From assembly GCA_017515985.1 (NCBI GenBank), contig JAFWDV010000019.1, positions 4,629 through 68,628 of the forward strand: a stretch of DNA of 64,000 nucleotides. The letters are read 5' to 3'. This DNA is from Clostridia bacterium (GTDB lineage: Bacteria; Bacillota; Clostridia; TANB77; CAG-508). The notes below the pieces were generated by a model. The model had not been told where the DNA came from. It did no database searches and saw only the letters and a program-made list of their open reading frames with translations. Made by a program: the position numbers and the translations under genes. Positions 19,681-28,800 of the stretch are shown here, in pieces (positions within the stretch are counted from its first letter, which is position 1; every line of letters begins with the position of its first letter).

Positions 19681-20241
19681 ATGGAAAGATTAAATGGATG
19701 GGAAAATGCAAGCTCTTTTGGAGATTTTAAATCATTAAAAGCAGGAGTATATAAATGTGAAATTAAAGGCGCTGAAGAATTAACAAGCCCTAATGGAAAG
19801 AAATTTATAAAAGTAAGTATTGATATTGCAGAAGGAGAATTTAAAAATTATTTCGCTGAAAAATATGAAAAAGATACTAGACCGGATAAAAAATGGAGTG
19901 GAATTTGGAACATATTTGAAGAAGGATATGAGCCTGGCTCTGTTAACACAAAATTAAAAGGATTAATTACAAGTGTCGAAAGGTCAAACCAAGGATTTTT
20001 TTGGGATTGGAATGAACAAAAATTAACAAATAAAGTCTTAGGAATTGTATTCAGAGATGAGGAATTTAAAGCTTCAGACGGAAGCATAAAATCATCTGCA
20101 AAACCATTTTATGCAATACCACTTGATGACCTAGGAACAACAAAAGTTCCTGAACCTAAATTATTAGCAGATGAATTAGGAAGTGCAGCTTATAACGATA
20201 ATGAGCTTGCAACATATTCAGGAGATGACCTTCCTTTTTAA
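19681..20241 (+). CDS. DUF669-like phage protein (ssDNA-binding-type partner of Sak4)
   Basis: Position and size, a G.Y.C.I...E motif near the N-terminus, and an acidic DDLPF tail typical of SSB-like proteins. Confidence 0.5.
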   Translation: MERLNGWENASSFGDFKSLKAGVYKCEIKGAEELTSPNGKKFIKVSIDIAEGEFKNYFAEKYEKDTRPDKKWSGIWNIFEEGYEPGSVNTKLKGLITSVERSNQGFFWDWNEQKLTNKVLGIVFRDEEFKASDGSIKSSAKPFYAIPLDDLGTTKVPEPKLLADELGSAAYNDNELATYSGDDLPF

Positions 20242-20330
20242 AGTACACAAAATATATTTAAAGAAAAACGACAACTAGGGTAAGCACATAAAACTTACCC
20301 TTTTGTTGTAGAAAGGAGCAAAAGAAGAAT

Positions 20331-20865
20331 GTGGAAGGATGGATTAGCTTACACAGAAAAATCGTAGATTGGGAATGGTATTCAGACACAATTACATTTA
20401 GAGTATTCTTTCATTTATTAATAACAGCGAATCATAAGGATATGTATTGGAAAGGGATAACAATAAAAAGAGGACAAACTTTCACATCGTATCAACATAT
20501 TATTGATGAAATGAAAGATAAAAAAATTACAATAAAAAATGTAAGAACAGCAATATCACATTTAAAAAAGACTGGAGAAGTGGCAACCAAAGTGGCAGGC
20601 AACGGATTGCTTGTAACCATTGTAAATTATGACTTATATCAAGCAACACAAAAAGAAACGGCAGACCATCGGGCAATCAAGTGGCAGGCAAGTGGCAACA
20701 AACAATAATGATAATAATATTTATTTATATATATTAAATAAATATAAGCGAGAAAATCAGAGCAACTTTAACGAATATATAAAGACAGTTTCAAAAATGA
20801 AACAAGACCCAGATTGGGACAAGCTAAATTTTGAAGAGCAACAAAAATTGATAAGCGAAATTTAA
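20331..20865 (+). CDS. Replisome-organizer-like protein, 177 aa if a +1 shift is made at CGG 20670-20672
   Basis: GWISLHRKIVDWEWY...ITIKRGQ...TIVNYDLYQ N-terminal domain in frame 0. The only long continuation (GQSSGRQVATNNNDNN...EEQQKLISEI) is in frame +1 and has no start codon of its own downstream of the break. Confidence 0.6.
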
Positions 20866-20877
20866 AATTTAAGGAGA

Positions 20878-21171
20878 GTGATACTAATGACAGATACAAT
20901 TACAATGCACACAAGAAGGGAAAGTAATGAAAAAATAAATAAACATATTAGGGAGCAACAGGTAATGGAAATACTTAGTGACGGAATAGAAAGAACTGCA
21001 AGAGAAGTAGCGTTTGAAATGTGTGAAAGAGGCTTTACAAATACACCTGAAAGGAACAATGCTAGTCCAAGACTTACAAGTTTATTGGAACAAAGAAAAG
21101 TAATAATTGTTGGTAAGACAATGGATCATATAACTGGTAAGAATGTAGCAGTGTATAAGGTGGCTAAATGA
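20878..21171 (+). CDS. Hypothetical protein (winged-helix-like)
   Basis: ORF with coding bias and no confident family. Confidence 0.35.
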   Translation: MILMTDTITMHTRRESNEKINKHIREQQVMEILSDGIERTAREVAFEMCERGFTNTPERNNASPRLTSLLEQRKVIIVGKTMDHITGKNVAVYKVAK

Positions 21172-21371
21172 ACGATGAAGAAATTGAAAGATTATGGAGA
21201 ATTGGACATTCATTAACATGGATTATTAAAGAATACGAAAAGAAAGAGAATATTCGTAGAAAACAAAGAGGCTTAGATAAGGTATCTAAGCAAGAATCAA
21301 AGAAATATGTTACCGAAATAATTTTTAGATATCAAACTGCAATAATGCGAGGTGAAAGAAGTTGGACATAG
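21168..21371 (+). CDS. Hypothetical protein
   Basis: Overlapping start and stop with its neighbours. Confidence 0.35.
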   Translation: MNDEEIERLWRIGHSLTWIIKEYEKKENIRRKQRGLDKVSKQESKKYVTEIIFRYQTAIMRGERSWT

Positions 21372-21790
21372 CTATTGAAGATTTGTTAAAATGCATGCTT
21401 AACTTTTACCAAAACGTGGATAAACAGTTGAAAGCAAAGCAGGATGAAGAAAAGCTACTGAACGATCAACAACAAGATATTTTACATTACATTGAGGCTA
21501 CAACTCTAAATGCAAGTGGATATGCTAAAGTAGGCAAAAGGTTAAAACAGCTAAGATTAGAAAGAAGAGTTGTTAAGAATGAAATTGAGAAATTAACACT
21601 TATACAGGGGTTAACGCAAAAACATAATAATCGAATGATTCAAGGAGACATTATACAGCTACTGAAAGGGTTACAGACCATAGAAAAAAGACAGGCCGAG
21701 CCCAAATATGTATGTAGAACCAATATTTTAGAGAAACTGGAGGAAAAACAAAATGATAGTAGAAATACCAATGAAGTTACCATCACTTAA
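21362..21790 (+). CDS. Coiled-coil hypothetical protein
   Basis: ORF only. Confidence 0.35.
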   Translation: MDIAIEDLLKCMLNFYQNVDKQLKAKQDEEKLLNDQQQDILHYIEATTLNASGYAKVGKRLKQLRLERRVVKNEIEKLTLIQGLTQKHNNRMIQGDIIQLLKGLQTIEKRQAEPKYVCRTNILEKLEEKQNDSRNTNEVTIT

Positions 21791-22103
21791 TCAATATATT
21801 AATGAATGCAGAAAAAATAGATATGCAGGAGCTAATATGAAGAAAAATGTTGAATCAGATATAGCTATTTACTTACAAAAATTACCTACATATCAAAATC
21901 CAATAAAGATTAATTTTACATGGATAGAAGAAAACAAAAAAAGAGATTTGGACAATGTAGCTTTTGCAAAGAAATTTATATTAGATTCAATGGTTAAGTG
22001 TGGAAAACTAAAAGATGATAACAGAAATAACGTTACAGGATTTACAGATACTTTTGAATATGGCGATAAAGCAAAAGTAATTTTAACTATAGAAGAAAGC
22101 TAA
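21753..22103 (+). CDS. rusA: RusA-like Holliday-junction resolvase
   Basis: LPSLNQYINECRKNRYAGANMKK...KRDLDNVAFAKKFILDSMVKCGKLKDDN matches the Firmicute-phage RusA pattern. Confidence 0.6.
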   Translation: MIVEIPMKLPSLNQYINECRKNRYAGANMKKNVESDIAIYLQKLPTYQNPIKINFTWIEENKKRDLDNVAFAKKFILDSMVKCGKLKDDNRNNVTGFTDTFEYGDKAKVILTIEES

Positions 22104-22118
22104 AAAGGAGGACAACTA

Positions 22119-22286
22119 ATGAAAATATATGGAATATACGATTTAAAGAATAGTGAACAATGTGTCAGAGTTGGCACATTGGGGGAAATAATAAATTTCC
22201 TAAGCATAACTACCAGAGAGACTACAAGGATGTTTAAAGATAAATTAAGAGGCAGATATAAAGTAATATATCTGTTTACGGAATAG
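22119..22286 (+). CDS. Small hypothetical protein (55 aa)
   Basis: AAGGAGG RBS. Confidence 0.35.
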   Translation: MKIYGIYDLKNSEQCVRVGTLGEIINFLSITTRETTRMFKDKLRGRYKVIYLFTE

Positions 22287-22295
22287 GAGGTACAT

Positions 22296-22463
22296 ATGAA
22301 AGATTTTATAATTGATATTCTATTTAGCTGGTTATTTACACCAGTTTTGCATCTAAATTTAGCTCAGATATTTATTGCTTCAATGGAGTTTATAGTCATA
22401 TTTTTTATTATCAAAAAAACAATTCAAATTTACACTAAAACAAAAGAATATTTTGACAAATAG
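22296..22463 (+). CDS. Small membrane protein (55 aa)
   Basis: AGGAGG RBS and two hydrophobic segments. Confidence 0.35.
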   Translation: MKDFIIDILFSWLFTPVLHLNLAQIFIASMEFIVIFFIIKKTIQIYTKTKEYFDK

Positions 22464-22472
22464 ATACAGATT

Positions 22473-22790
22473 GTGAGGGAAATGTATATGAAAGATAAAA
22501 AGAAAGAAATTAACCCGTCAACTATGACTGATCCATTCATACAATTCGTACATGAAAATGGTGGTTTTATAGAAAATGAAAACGGAAAATATTTTGTACA
22601 CATTTTTGATAAAAAAAGTGTGGAAAAAGAGTGGGAAAATTTAAATAAAAGACTAAAAAAGAAAAATAGACAAGATTTTTGTTGCAAAATCAGACTATTT
22701 TTAAAACTATTATTTATTGGCATATCAGCATCAGGAATTGGGTGGTTTCTGGGTCAAATAGTAAAAATGAAGATGGAAGTAGGTGGGTAA
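22473..22790 (+). CDS. Hypothetical protein with a C-terminal TM segment
   Basis: ORF only. Confidence 0.35.
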   Translation: MREMYMKDKKKEINPSTMTDPFIQFVHENGGFIENENGKYFVHIFDKKSVEKEWENLNKRLKKKNRQDFCCKIRLFLKLLFIGISASGIGWFLGQIVKMKMEVGG

Positions 22791-23070
22791 AATGAAAACA
22801 AAAAAACAACAAATTGAAATAATACTAAATGCTTTAAAGAAATTTTACAGTTTAGATGATAAAATAAATAAATTATTTGGAGGAGACTTAGAGCAATATG
22901 GTGATGTGTACGATATAGGTTATAAAGTAATTCCTGCAATCTTAGGAATTGATATTAATAAGAACGAACATCTAGATGATGCGTTAGGGGATTTATTTTG
23001 GGGATATATTTGTGGAGTCATTACAAAAAAAGAGTATTTTAACAAAATAGATAAGTATTTGGAGGATTAA
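22783..23070 (+). CDS. Hypothetical protein
   Basis: ORF only. Confidence 0.35.
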   Translation: MGKMKTKKQQIEIILNALKKFYSLDDKINKLFGGDLEQYGDVYDIGYKVIPAILGIDINKNEHLDDALGDLFWGYICGVITKKEYFNKIDKYLED

Positions 23071-23446
23071 ATGAGAGATATAAAGTTTAGAGGAAAAGAT
23101 TATGGTAATGATTGGCAATATGGTTATTTAGTCCAAGAAGTTTGGGGACAAGATAAAATTCTAATGATAAAGAAAAATAAAAGAGAATGGAGCGTATTAG
23201 AAGATACCATAGGTCAATACACAGGACTAAAAGATAAAAATGGTACTGAAATATATGAGGGAGATATAGTAAAAATAGATTGCCCGACAATGAAAATGGA
23301 ACGGAGTAGTTAAATACAGCGAAAATTCAGCAACGTTTTTTATATATGATGAAGCGGAAGATATCGAAGAAACCTTATGGTATCTACAAGAAGAATATGA
23401 AGTAATAGGTAATATCTACGATAATCCTGAATTATTAGGAGAGTGA
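23071..23446 (+). CDS. YopX-family protein, 124 aa if a +1 shift is made at CGG 23302-23304
   Basis: N-terminal IKFRGKD...DKNGTEIYEGDIV in frame 0. The C-terminal YopX signature EVIGNIYDNPELL is in frame +1. Stops in the two frames confine the shift to a 6-codon window that contains the CGG. Confidence 0.75.
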
Positions 23447-23451
23447 TTAAT

Positions 23452-23646
23452 ATGTTAAAAATTAAAGATAATGTAGATCTAAATGAATTAGAAAAGAAAG
23501 ATAAAATAATTGATGCTATGGTAGAAGTTATTGAAGAATGTAGACAAAATGATTGTATAGAATCAGAAGACATAGATTTATCACAAATAGCAGGAGTTGA
23601 AGCAATAAAACAATATTTTGAAAGGAGGGTAATAGATGGCATATAA
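23452..23646 (+). CDS. Hypothetical acidic protein
   Basis: ORF only. Confidence 0.35.
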   Translation: MLKIKDNVDLNELEKKDKIIDAMVEVIEECRQNDCIESEDIDLSQIAGVEAIKQYFERRVIDGI

Positions 23647-24175
23647 AAACGAAAAAAATTACTTGACAAAAAATTTAAAAAGTGATGAATGGTATACACC
23701 AATTGAGGTCGTAAATTACATAAAAACAATAGTAGATAGAAATAAAAAAATAATATGCCCCTATGATACAGAAAAAAGCGAATTTGTAAAAGCTTTTCCT
23801 AATAGTATCCATAATATACGAGACTTTTTAGAAAAGGATTATAAATATGATATTTGCATTACGAATCCGCCTTTTAGTTTGGGAGAGCAAGTAACAAGAA
23901 AGATTTTAAGCCAAGGCAAGGATTGTATAAGAATAATTCCTGCAACTGCAATTTTTAGCGTTAATTTCTATAAATTCATTGAAGAATATAAATTTAATTA
24001 TAAAATCTATAGCCCTGATAAAAGAATTTATTTCATTGATGAAAACGGGAATCAAAATAGACCGAATTTTCACAGCATAATACTGCATATTTCTAAAGAT
24101 TTCACAAAAAACGAAATTATACATTTTAAATTGAAAGATTATGAGGAGGTAAAAGATGAAAAAATGGGAATATGA
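23636..24175 (+). CDS. Putative orphan DNA N6-adenine methyltransferase
   Basis: DEWYTP motif and catalytic NPPF (ITNPPFSL). No partner nuclease gene is nearby. Confidence 0.55.
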   Translation: MAYKNEKNYLTKNLKSDEWYTPIEVVNYIKTIVDRNKKIICPYDTEKSEFVKAFPNSIHNIRDFLEKDYKYDICITNPPFSLGEQVTRKILSQGKDCIRIIPATAIFSVNFYKFIEEYKFNYKIYSPDKRIYFIDENGNQNRPNFHSIILHISKDFTKNEIIHFKLKDYEEVKDEKMGI

Positions 24176-24398
24176 AGCTAGAAATATAATAGATAATGCA
24201 AAATGGTACGCTCATCAAGAAATCGTACATATAGAAGAATCAATAAAGGACTACATAGATGACGACCCTATAGGAAATGAAAGCATTATAGGAGACTTAA
24301 AAGAAGAAAAAGCACATTGGCAAGACATAGAAAAATTATTAAATGGGCAAGATAAAGATGAATTATATATGGACTGGAGGGGATTTGAATATGAGTGA
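24156..24398 (+). CDS. Hypothetical protein
   Basis: ORF only. Confidence 0.3.
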   Translation: MKKWEYEARNIIDNAKWYAHQEIVHIEESIKDYIDDDPIGNESIIGDLKEEKAHWQDIEKLLNGQDKDELYMDWRGFEYE

Positions 24399-24798
24399 AG
24401 ATGAAATAATCCAATATATTGAAGAACATTTTGATGAAGTATATAAAGATTGCATGAAAGACTGTGATGGTGACGAAGATATTTTTGTTTTTCAATATAT
24501 GATTAAAAAATTCAAAAAAGAAATGGAGCAAGAAAAAGAAAAGAATAAAAAATTAATAGAAGGTAATTTTAGAGAAGTAGCTGATAAAAATTCATATATT
24601 AAAGATATGTATATCAGTAAAGATAAAATAAAACCCTTTGTAAAAGCAATTGAAAGTTACGCTAACTATATACTGGAAGATGAAGGAACATATTATAAAG
24701 ACCTGGCAGAACTATCACATATATTGGAAAGAACATTAAATGGTGAAATAAGTCCAAAAGAGGAAGAATTATGTATAACATATGATCCTTTAGGATAG
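24391..24798 (+). CDS. Hypothetical protein
   Basis: ORF. Start chosen at MSEDEII. Confidence 0.35.
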   Translation: MSEDEIIQYIEEHFDEVYKDCMKDCDGDEDIFVFQYMIKKFKKEMEQEKEKNKKLIEGNFREVADKNSYIKDMYISKDKIKPFVKAIESYANYILEDEGTYYKDLAELSHILERTLNGEISPKEEELCITYDPLG

Positions 24799-25144
24799 GA
24801 GGATAAATAATGTATGGAAACTTAGATATTACATATTGCAGCAATACCAAATGTAAAAATAAAAACTGTGAAAGAAATCAAGCAAATTTACCATCAGTAG
24901 ATATAAGAGGCAATCATCCAATAAGTATTGCTGATATGTATAAAAATTGTAAAGAAAGAGAGAAGTAAATGAATAAAGAAATAATCAAAAGATTAATTGA
25001 AAATGCACTAAAAGAATTAGAGACAGTAGACTGTGAAAGTAATACTAAACAGATACATACAACAAACAGTAAAAAAGTACATAAAGCATATGACATTCTA
25101 TTTAATTTAAATCAAAAATTATAAATTAAAGGAGGTACATAAGA

Positions 25145-25597
25145 TTGGCAAAAGAAAGAAGAATATTAACACATGAAGAAAAAAATAAAATCGAAGAATG
25201 CAAAAAGGAACTTAATAAATACAAAGAAGATATAAAATACATAGAAGAAAAACTAAATGATACTGAAGAAATTCGAGGAAAAGTAGAAAAAGTAACAACT
25301 ACATTATCATTAACAAAAACAAATAGCTCTAATGAAAGCCCTGATAAGTTTGCAGATGCAATAAGTAGATTAGATGAATTAAAAGTTATTTGTAGTGAAA
25401 GATTACAAGAATTATTACTAAAAAAATTTGAAATCGATAAAAAAATAGAATCTGTAGGTCAGCCTTATACGAATGTTTTATTCTTTAGATATACTAGAGG
25501 TAAAAGCTGGGAAGATGTTGCAAAAGAATTAGGTTACACAAGAGAATATGTGTGTGATTTACATGGCGAAGCCTTATATTTGTATTCAAAAATTTAA
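25145..25597 (+). CDS. Putative late-gene transcriptional activator (sigma region-4-like, RinA/ArpU-type position)
   Basis: C-terminal HTH-like SWEDVAKELGYTREYVCDLHGEAL. It is the last gene before the packaging module. Confidence 0.45.
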   Translation: MAKERRILTHEEKNKIEECKKELNKYKEDIKYIEEKLNDTEEIRGKVEKVTTTLSLTKTNSSNESPDKFADAISRLDELKVICSERLQELLLKKFEIDKKIESVGQPYTNVLFFRYTRGKSWEDVAKELGYTREYVCDLHGEALYLYSKI

Positions 25598-25599
25598 AC

Positions 25600-25626
25600 A
25601 TCTTACAAAATCTTACTGAATCTTAC
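25600..25626 (+). repeat. Three ATCTTAC direct repeats with exact 10-bp spacing
   Basis: ATCTTAC at 25600, 25610 and 25620, immediately after the regulator stop codon. Confidence 0.6.
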
Positions 25627-25709
25627 ATAAAAAATATGATATAAATATAATTGAAATATTAGATAAGTTGATAAGCATATCAAAACTATCTAAGGATGTT
25701 GAGCATTAA

Positions 25710-25745
25710 GGACTAACTGTAAACTTTGCGGTTAGTTCTTTTTTG
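25710..25745 (+). terminator. Rho-independent terminator
   Basis: GGACTAAC...GTTAGTTC stem followed by a T-run. Confidence 0.6.
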
Positions 25746-25762
25746 TACTGGAGGGAATATTT

Positions 25763-26050
25763 ATGAAAATAATGATAAGTCAGCCAATGAGAGGCAAAAC
25801 AGAAAAAGAAATAAAAGATGAAAGAGAACAATTAATAAACAAATTACAGGAAGAAGGACACGAAGTATTAGAAACAGTTTTTAATGACTTTGATTGTTAT
25901 GCAAGCCCAATAGCTTATTTAGCTAGAAGCATAGAATACCTAGATAAAGCAGATGCTGTAATATTTATGCCCGGTTGGAATGAAGCAAGAGGTTGCAGAA
26001 TTGAATATCAAATCGCTTGTGAATATGGTAAATTCATAAAAATATTATAA
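25763..26050 (+). CDS. DUF4406-like (nucleoside deoxyribosyltransferase-fold) protein
   Basis: MISQPMRGKT...ADAVIFMPGWNEARGCRIEYQIA pattern. Confidence 0.5.
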   Translation: MKIMISQPMRGKTEKEIKDEREQLINKLQEEGHEVLETVFNDFDCYASPIAYLARSIEYLDKADAVIFMPGWNEARGCRIEYQIACEYGKFIKIL

Positions 26051-26255
26051 AACAAAAACGTAATCAACGATACTAGATAGGTTGATATAGATCCATATTA
26101 TAACTCCAAATAATTATATATACTTTTGCATTAATGAGAAGACAATTCTAGTTAAGTCTTACTAAAAAGTTTGCATAATTTACATAATTATGTTATAATA
26201 AAGTATGACACATAAATGTAACACACATGTAATATAATTGTAACAATGTCGATGC

Positions 26256-26422
26256 TTGACATTTTTATTGTACTCTAGTATAATACAAACACGGATTAAG
26301 AGAGAAAATGAATATCGGTAAAAAAATTCAAGTTCTTATTCCTCCTTAATTCTAAGCAAGTTTTATGAATTGCTCCAATATGGAGACAAAAAATACTAGA
26401 GCCGGCATGCTCTAGTATTTTT
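26256..26422 (+). ncRNA. Candidate sRNA (about 130 nt) with its own consensus promoter and terminator
   Basis: TTGACA (26256-26261), a 17-nt spacer and TATAAT (26279-26284). The terminator stem 26394-26417 is followed by a T-run. There is no credible ORF. Confidence 0.45.
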
Positions 26423-26432
26423 ATGTACTGAA

Positions 26433-26495
26433 TTAAAATAACTTAAGGATAAGATATATTAAAACAAGTACAGCAAGTTTAATGAAATTGTCCAA
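26433..26495 (-). CDS. Candidate 20-aa hydrophobic peptide (type I toxin-like): MDNFIKLAVLVLIYLILKLF
   Basis: AGGAGGTG RBS 9 nt upstream of a TTG start. It ends at the bidirectional terminator shared with the sRNA. Confidence 0.35.
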   Translation of the reverse strand: MDNFIKLAVLVLIYLILKLF

Positions 26496-26662
26496 TATTT
26501 TTCACCTCCTTTAGCTGGAAATTCTAAAGTGGAATAGAAGACAAAAACATTATACTATAATAAAAATGAAAAATACAATAGGAATGTCAAAATTTGCAAA
26601 GAGATTATCTGTGAAAAGATAGTCTCTTTTTTCATGGAATTTTATAAAAAAGAGGTGTTCGT

Positions 26663-26887
26663 ATGACCAGATATAATCAAGCTAGAGAAATCAGAATTGG
26701 ACAAATAATGAAAGAATATAACACTAAAAAGAAATTGGAAAAGAAGAGTCATACACCACAAGAATTATTTAACGATTACAAAGAAGAAATGTGCTCTAAT
26801 TGTGCTAACAAAAATTCAAAAGATTGTGAAATACTTATCAAAAATGGTATTACTGTGGTTTGTGAGAATTATAAAAAGGAAAATTAA
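26663..26887 (+). CDS. Small Cys-containing hypothetical protein
   Basis: AGAGGTG RBS and a CSNC...C...C pattern. Confidence 0.4.
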   Translation: MTRYNQAREIRIGQIMKEYNTKKKLEKKSHTPQELFNDYKEEMCSNCANKNSKDCEILIKNGITVVCENYKKEN

Positions 26888-26924
26888 TTAAGAATGCAAA
26901 AAAAAGAAAGGTAGGTGATTTTGT

Positions 26925-27476
26925 ATGACAGATGCACAAAAAAGATTTTGTGACGAATATTTAATAGATTTAAATGCAACTAGGGCGTACAAGATTGCTT
27001 ATCCTAATTGCAAAAAAGAGGAAACAGCAGCACAAGCAGGAAGTAGATTGTTGAGAAATGTCAAGGTTAAAGAATACATAGAAAGTGAACAGAAAAAAAT
27101 TGAAGAAAGAACACAAATAACACAAGATATGGTAGTACAAGAACTTGCCAAGATAGGTTTTTTTAATATAAAAGAAATATATAATACAAATGGAACCTTA
27201 AAATCAATTAAGGATATGAATGATGATGTTGCAAGAGCAATAGCAAGCGTAAAAACGCTACAAAAAGCAGGAGCAATGAAGATTGAGGTAGATCCAAATG
27301 GAAAAGATAATGTAATTCCAATAGAACATATTCCAGAGCAAACAATAGAATATAAAACAAACGATAAAGTAAAAGCACTGGAACTATTAGGAAAACACTT
27401 AGGAATGTTTAATGATGTAAATGTTAATATGAAAAATACAGTTGTTGTTGAGTTAGTGGATGATGTTAATGAATAA
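26925..27476 (+). CDS. Terminase small subunit
   Basis: The N-terminus QKRFCDEYLIDLNATRAYKIAYPN...AAQAGSRLLRNVKV is the Terminase_2 (P27-family) signature. Confidence 0.85.
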   Translation: MTDAQKRFCDEYLIDLNATRAYKIAYPNCKKEETAAQAGSRLLRNVKVKEYIESEQKKIEERTQITQDMVVQELAKIGFFNIKEIYNTNGTLKSIKDMNDDVARAIASVKTLQKAGAMKIEVDPNGKDNVIPIEHIPEQTIEYKTNDKVKALELLGKHLGMFNDVNVNMKNTVVVELVDDVNE

Positions 27477-28788
27477 AGAAAGAATTAGTTTACAGGAAAC
27501 TGTAGGAAAAGGATATGCAGCTTTTTGGAGTTTTAAAGGTGACGAAGTAATAATAATGGGGTCTAAAGGTAGTAAGAAATCCAAGACAATTGCTTTAAGA
27601 TGGATGTTTTTATTAAAGAAATATCCTAGAGCTTGTTTATTAGCTTCAAGAGATATAGGACTTACAATGAAGGATAGTGTTTATTCAGATTTAATATGGG
27701 CTGCAAAGAAACTAAAGTTATATGATGAATGGAAGTTCACAGTTAATCCAATGTCTGCGGTTAATAAGATTACAGGCCAGAGAATATTTTTTAGAGGTTT
27801 AAAAGATTGGGAAAGATTAGCATCAATAACTATAGATGATCCGAATTTAGTTTTATGTTGGGGATGGTTTGAAGAGGCGTTCGAAATAGATAAAAGAAAT
27901 ACATACGATAAGGTTAAGATGTCTATAAGAGGTCAATTACCTAAAGGATATTTTCATCAGACGGTGGCAAGTTTCAATCCATGGAGTGACCAACACTTTA
28001 TTGTTAAGGAACTTACGAGTAAATTAACACCAGATGAAAAAATATTATCTGAAAACGGTAAGCAAGAATTAATAGTTGAAGATGAACAAGAATTTGAATA
28101 TCAAGGCAAGATGGTAAAAGAAAAAGTCAGCCAATTATTAATGATTACAAATTACAAAATAAACGAATTTCTTGATGTAAAAGATTATGCAAGATATGAA
28201 AAGAAAAAGAAAGAGGACTATGAAGATTATAAAACAACAGGTTTAGGTATGCCAGGTGTTAGTAAGGGGCTTATATTTAGGAATTGGCATATTGAAGATA
28301 CTGAAAAATATAAAAATACATTTGAATTAGTCAGAAGGGGTTTGGACTTTGGATATAGTTCAGACCCTTCTGCTTTTGTACAGTTCAATGTTGATTTTAA
28401 AAATAAGCGTATAATTATTTTCGATGAATTTGGAGCTACGGAGCTAACAAATGATATGTTAGCAAAAGAGCTAAATAAAAGAATTGAACCGTACGCATTA
28501 ATCAAAGCAGATGCTGCAGAGCCTAAATCAATAGCAGAATTAAATGTATTAGGAATAAATGCAATTCCTGCAATAAAAGGACCAGATAGTATTCTGCATG
28601 GTATCAAGTGGTTAAAAGGTTTTGAAATTATCATAGATCTTAAATGCAAAGGGATTATAAGTGAATTTAGTACATATAGATGGAAAACGGACAAGTTTGA
28701 CAATCCTTTAGATATACCTGAAGACAAAAACAATCACTACATAGATGCATTAAGATATGGTAGTGATGATTTATATTTAAGAAATTAG
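27460..28788 (+). CDS. Terminase large subunit
   Basis: Walker A-like GSKGSKKSK, a WFEEAFE Walker B region, and a C-terminal nuclease domain ending HYIDALRY. Confidence 0.85.
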   Translation: MMLMNKERISLQETVGKGYAAFWSFKGDEVIIMGSKGSKKSKTIALRWMFLLKKYPRACLLASRDIGLTMKDSVYSDLIWAAKKLKLYDEWKFTVNPMSAVNKITGQRIFFRGLKDWERLASITIDDPNLVLCWGWFEEAFEIDKRNTYDKVKMSIRGQLPKGYFHQTVASFNPWSDQHFIVKELTSKLTPDEKILSENGKQELIVEDEQEFEYQGKMVKEKVSQLLMITNYKINEFLDVKDYARYEKKKKEDYEDYKTTGLGMPGVSKGLIFRNWHIEDTEKYKNTFELVRRGLDFGYSSDPSAFVQFNVDFKNKRIIIFDEFGATELTNDMLAKELNKRIEPYALIKADAAEPKSIAELNVLGINAIPAIKGPDSILHGIKWLKGFEIIIDLKCKGIISEFSTYRWKTDKFDNPLDIPEDKNNHYIDALRYGSDDLYLRN

Positions 28789-28800
28789 GAGGAATATAAA

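Noticed and set aside
20629-20865. The 78-aa ORF treated as an independent gene
   Set aside because: Its only start codon lies 80 nt inside the upstream gene and has no RBS. Downstream of the upstream stop codon the frame has no usable start. It fits better as the +1 continuation of the replisome-organizer gene.
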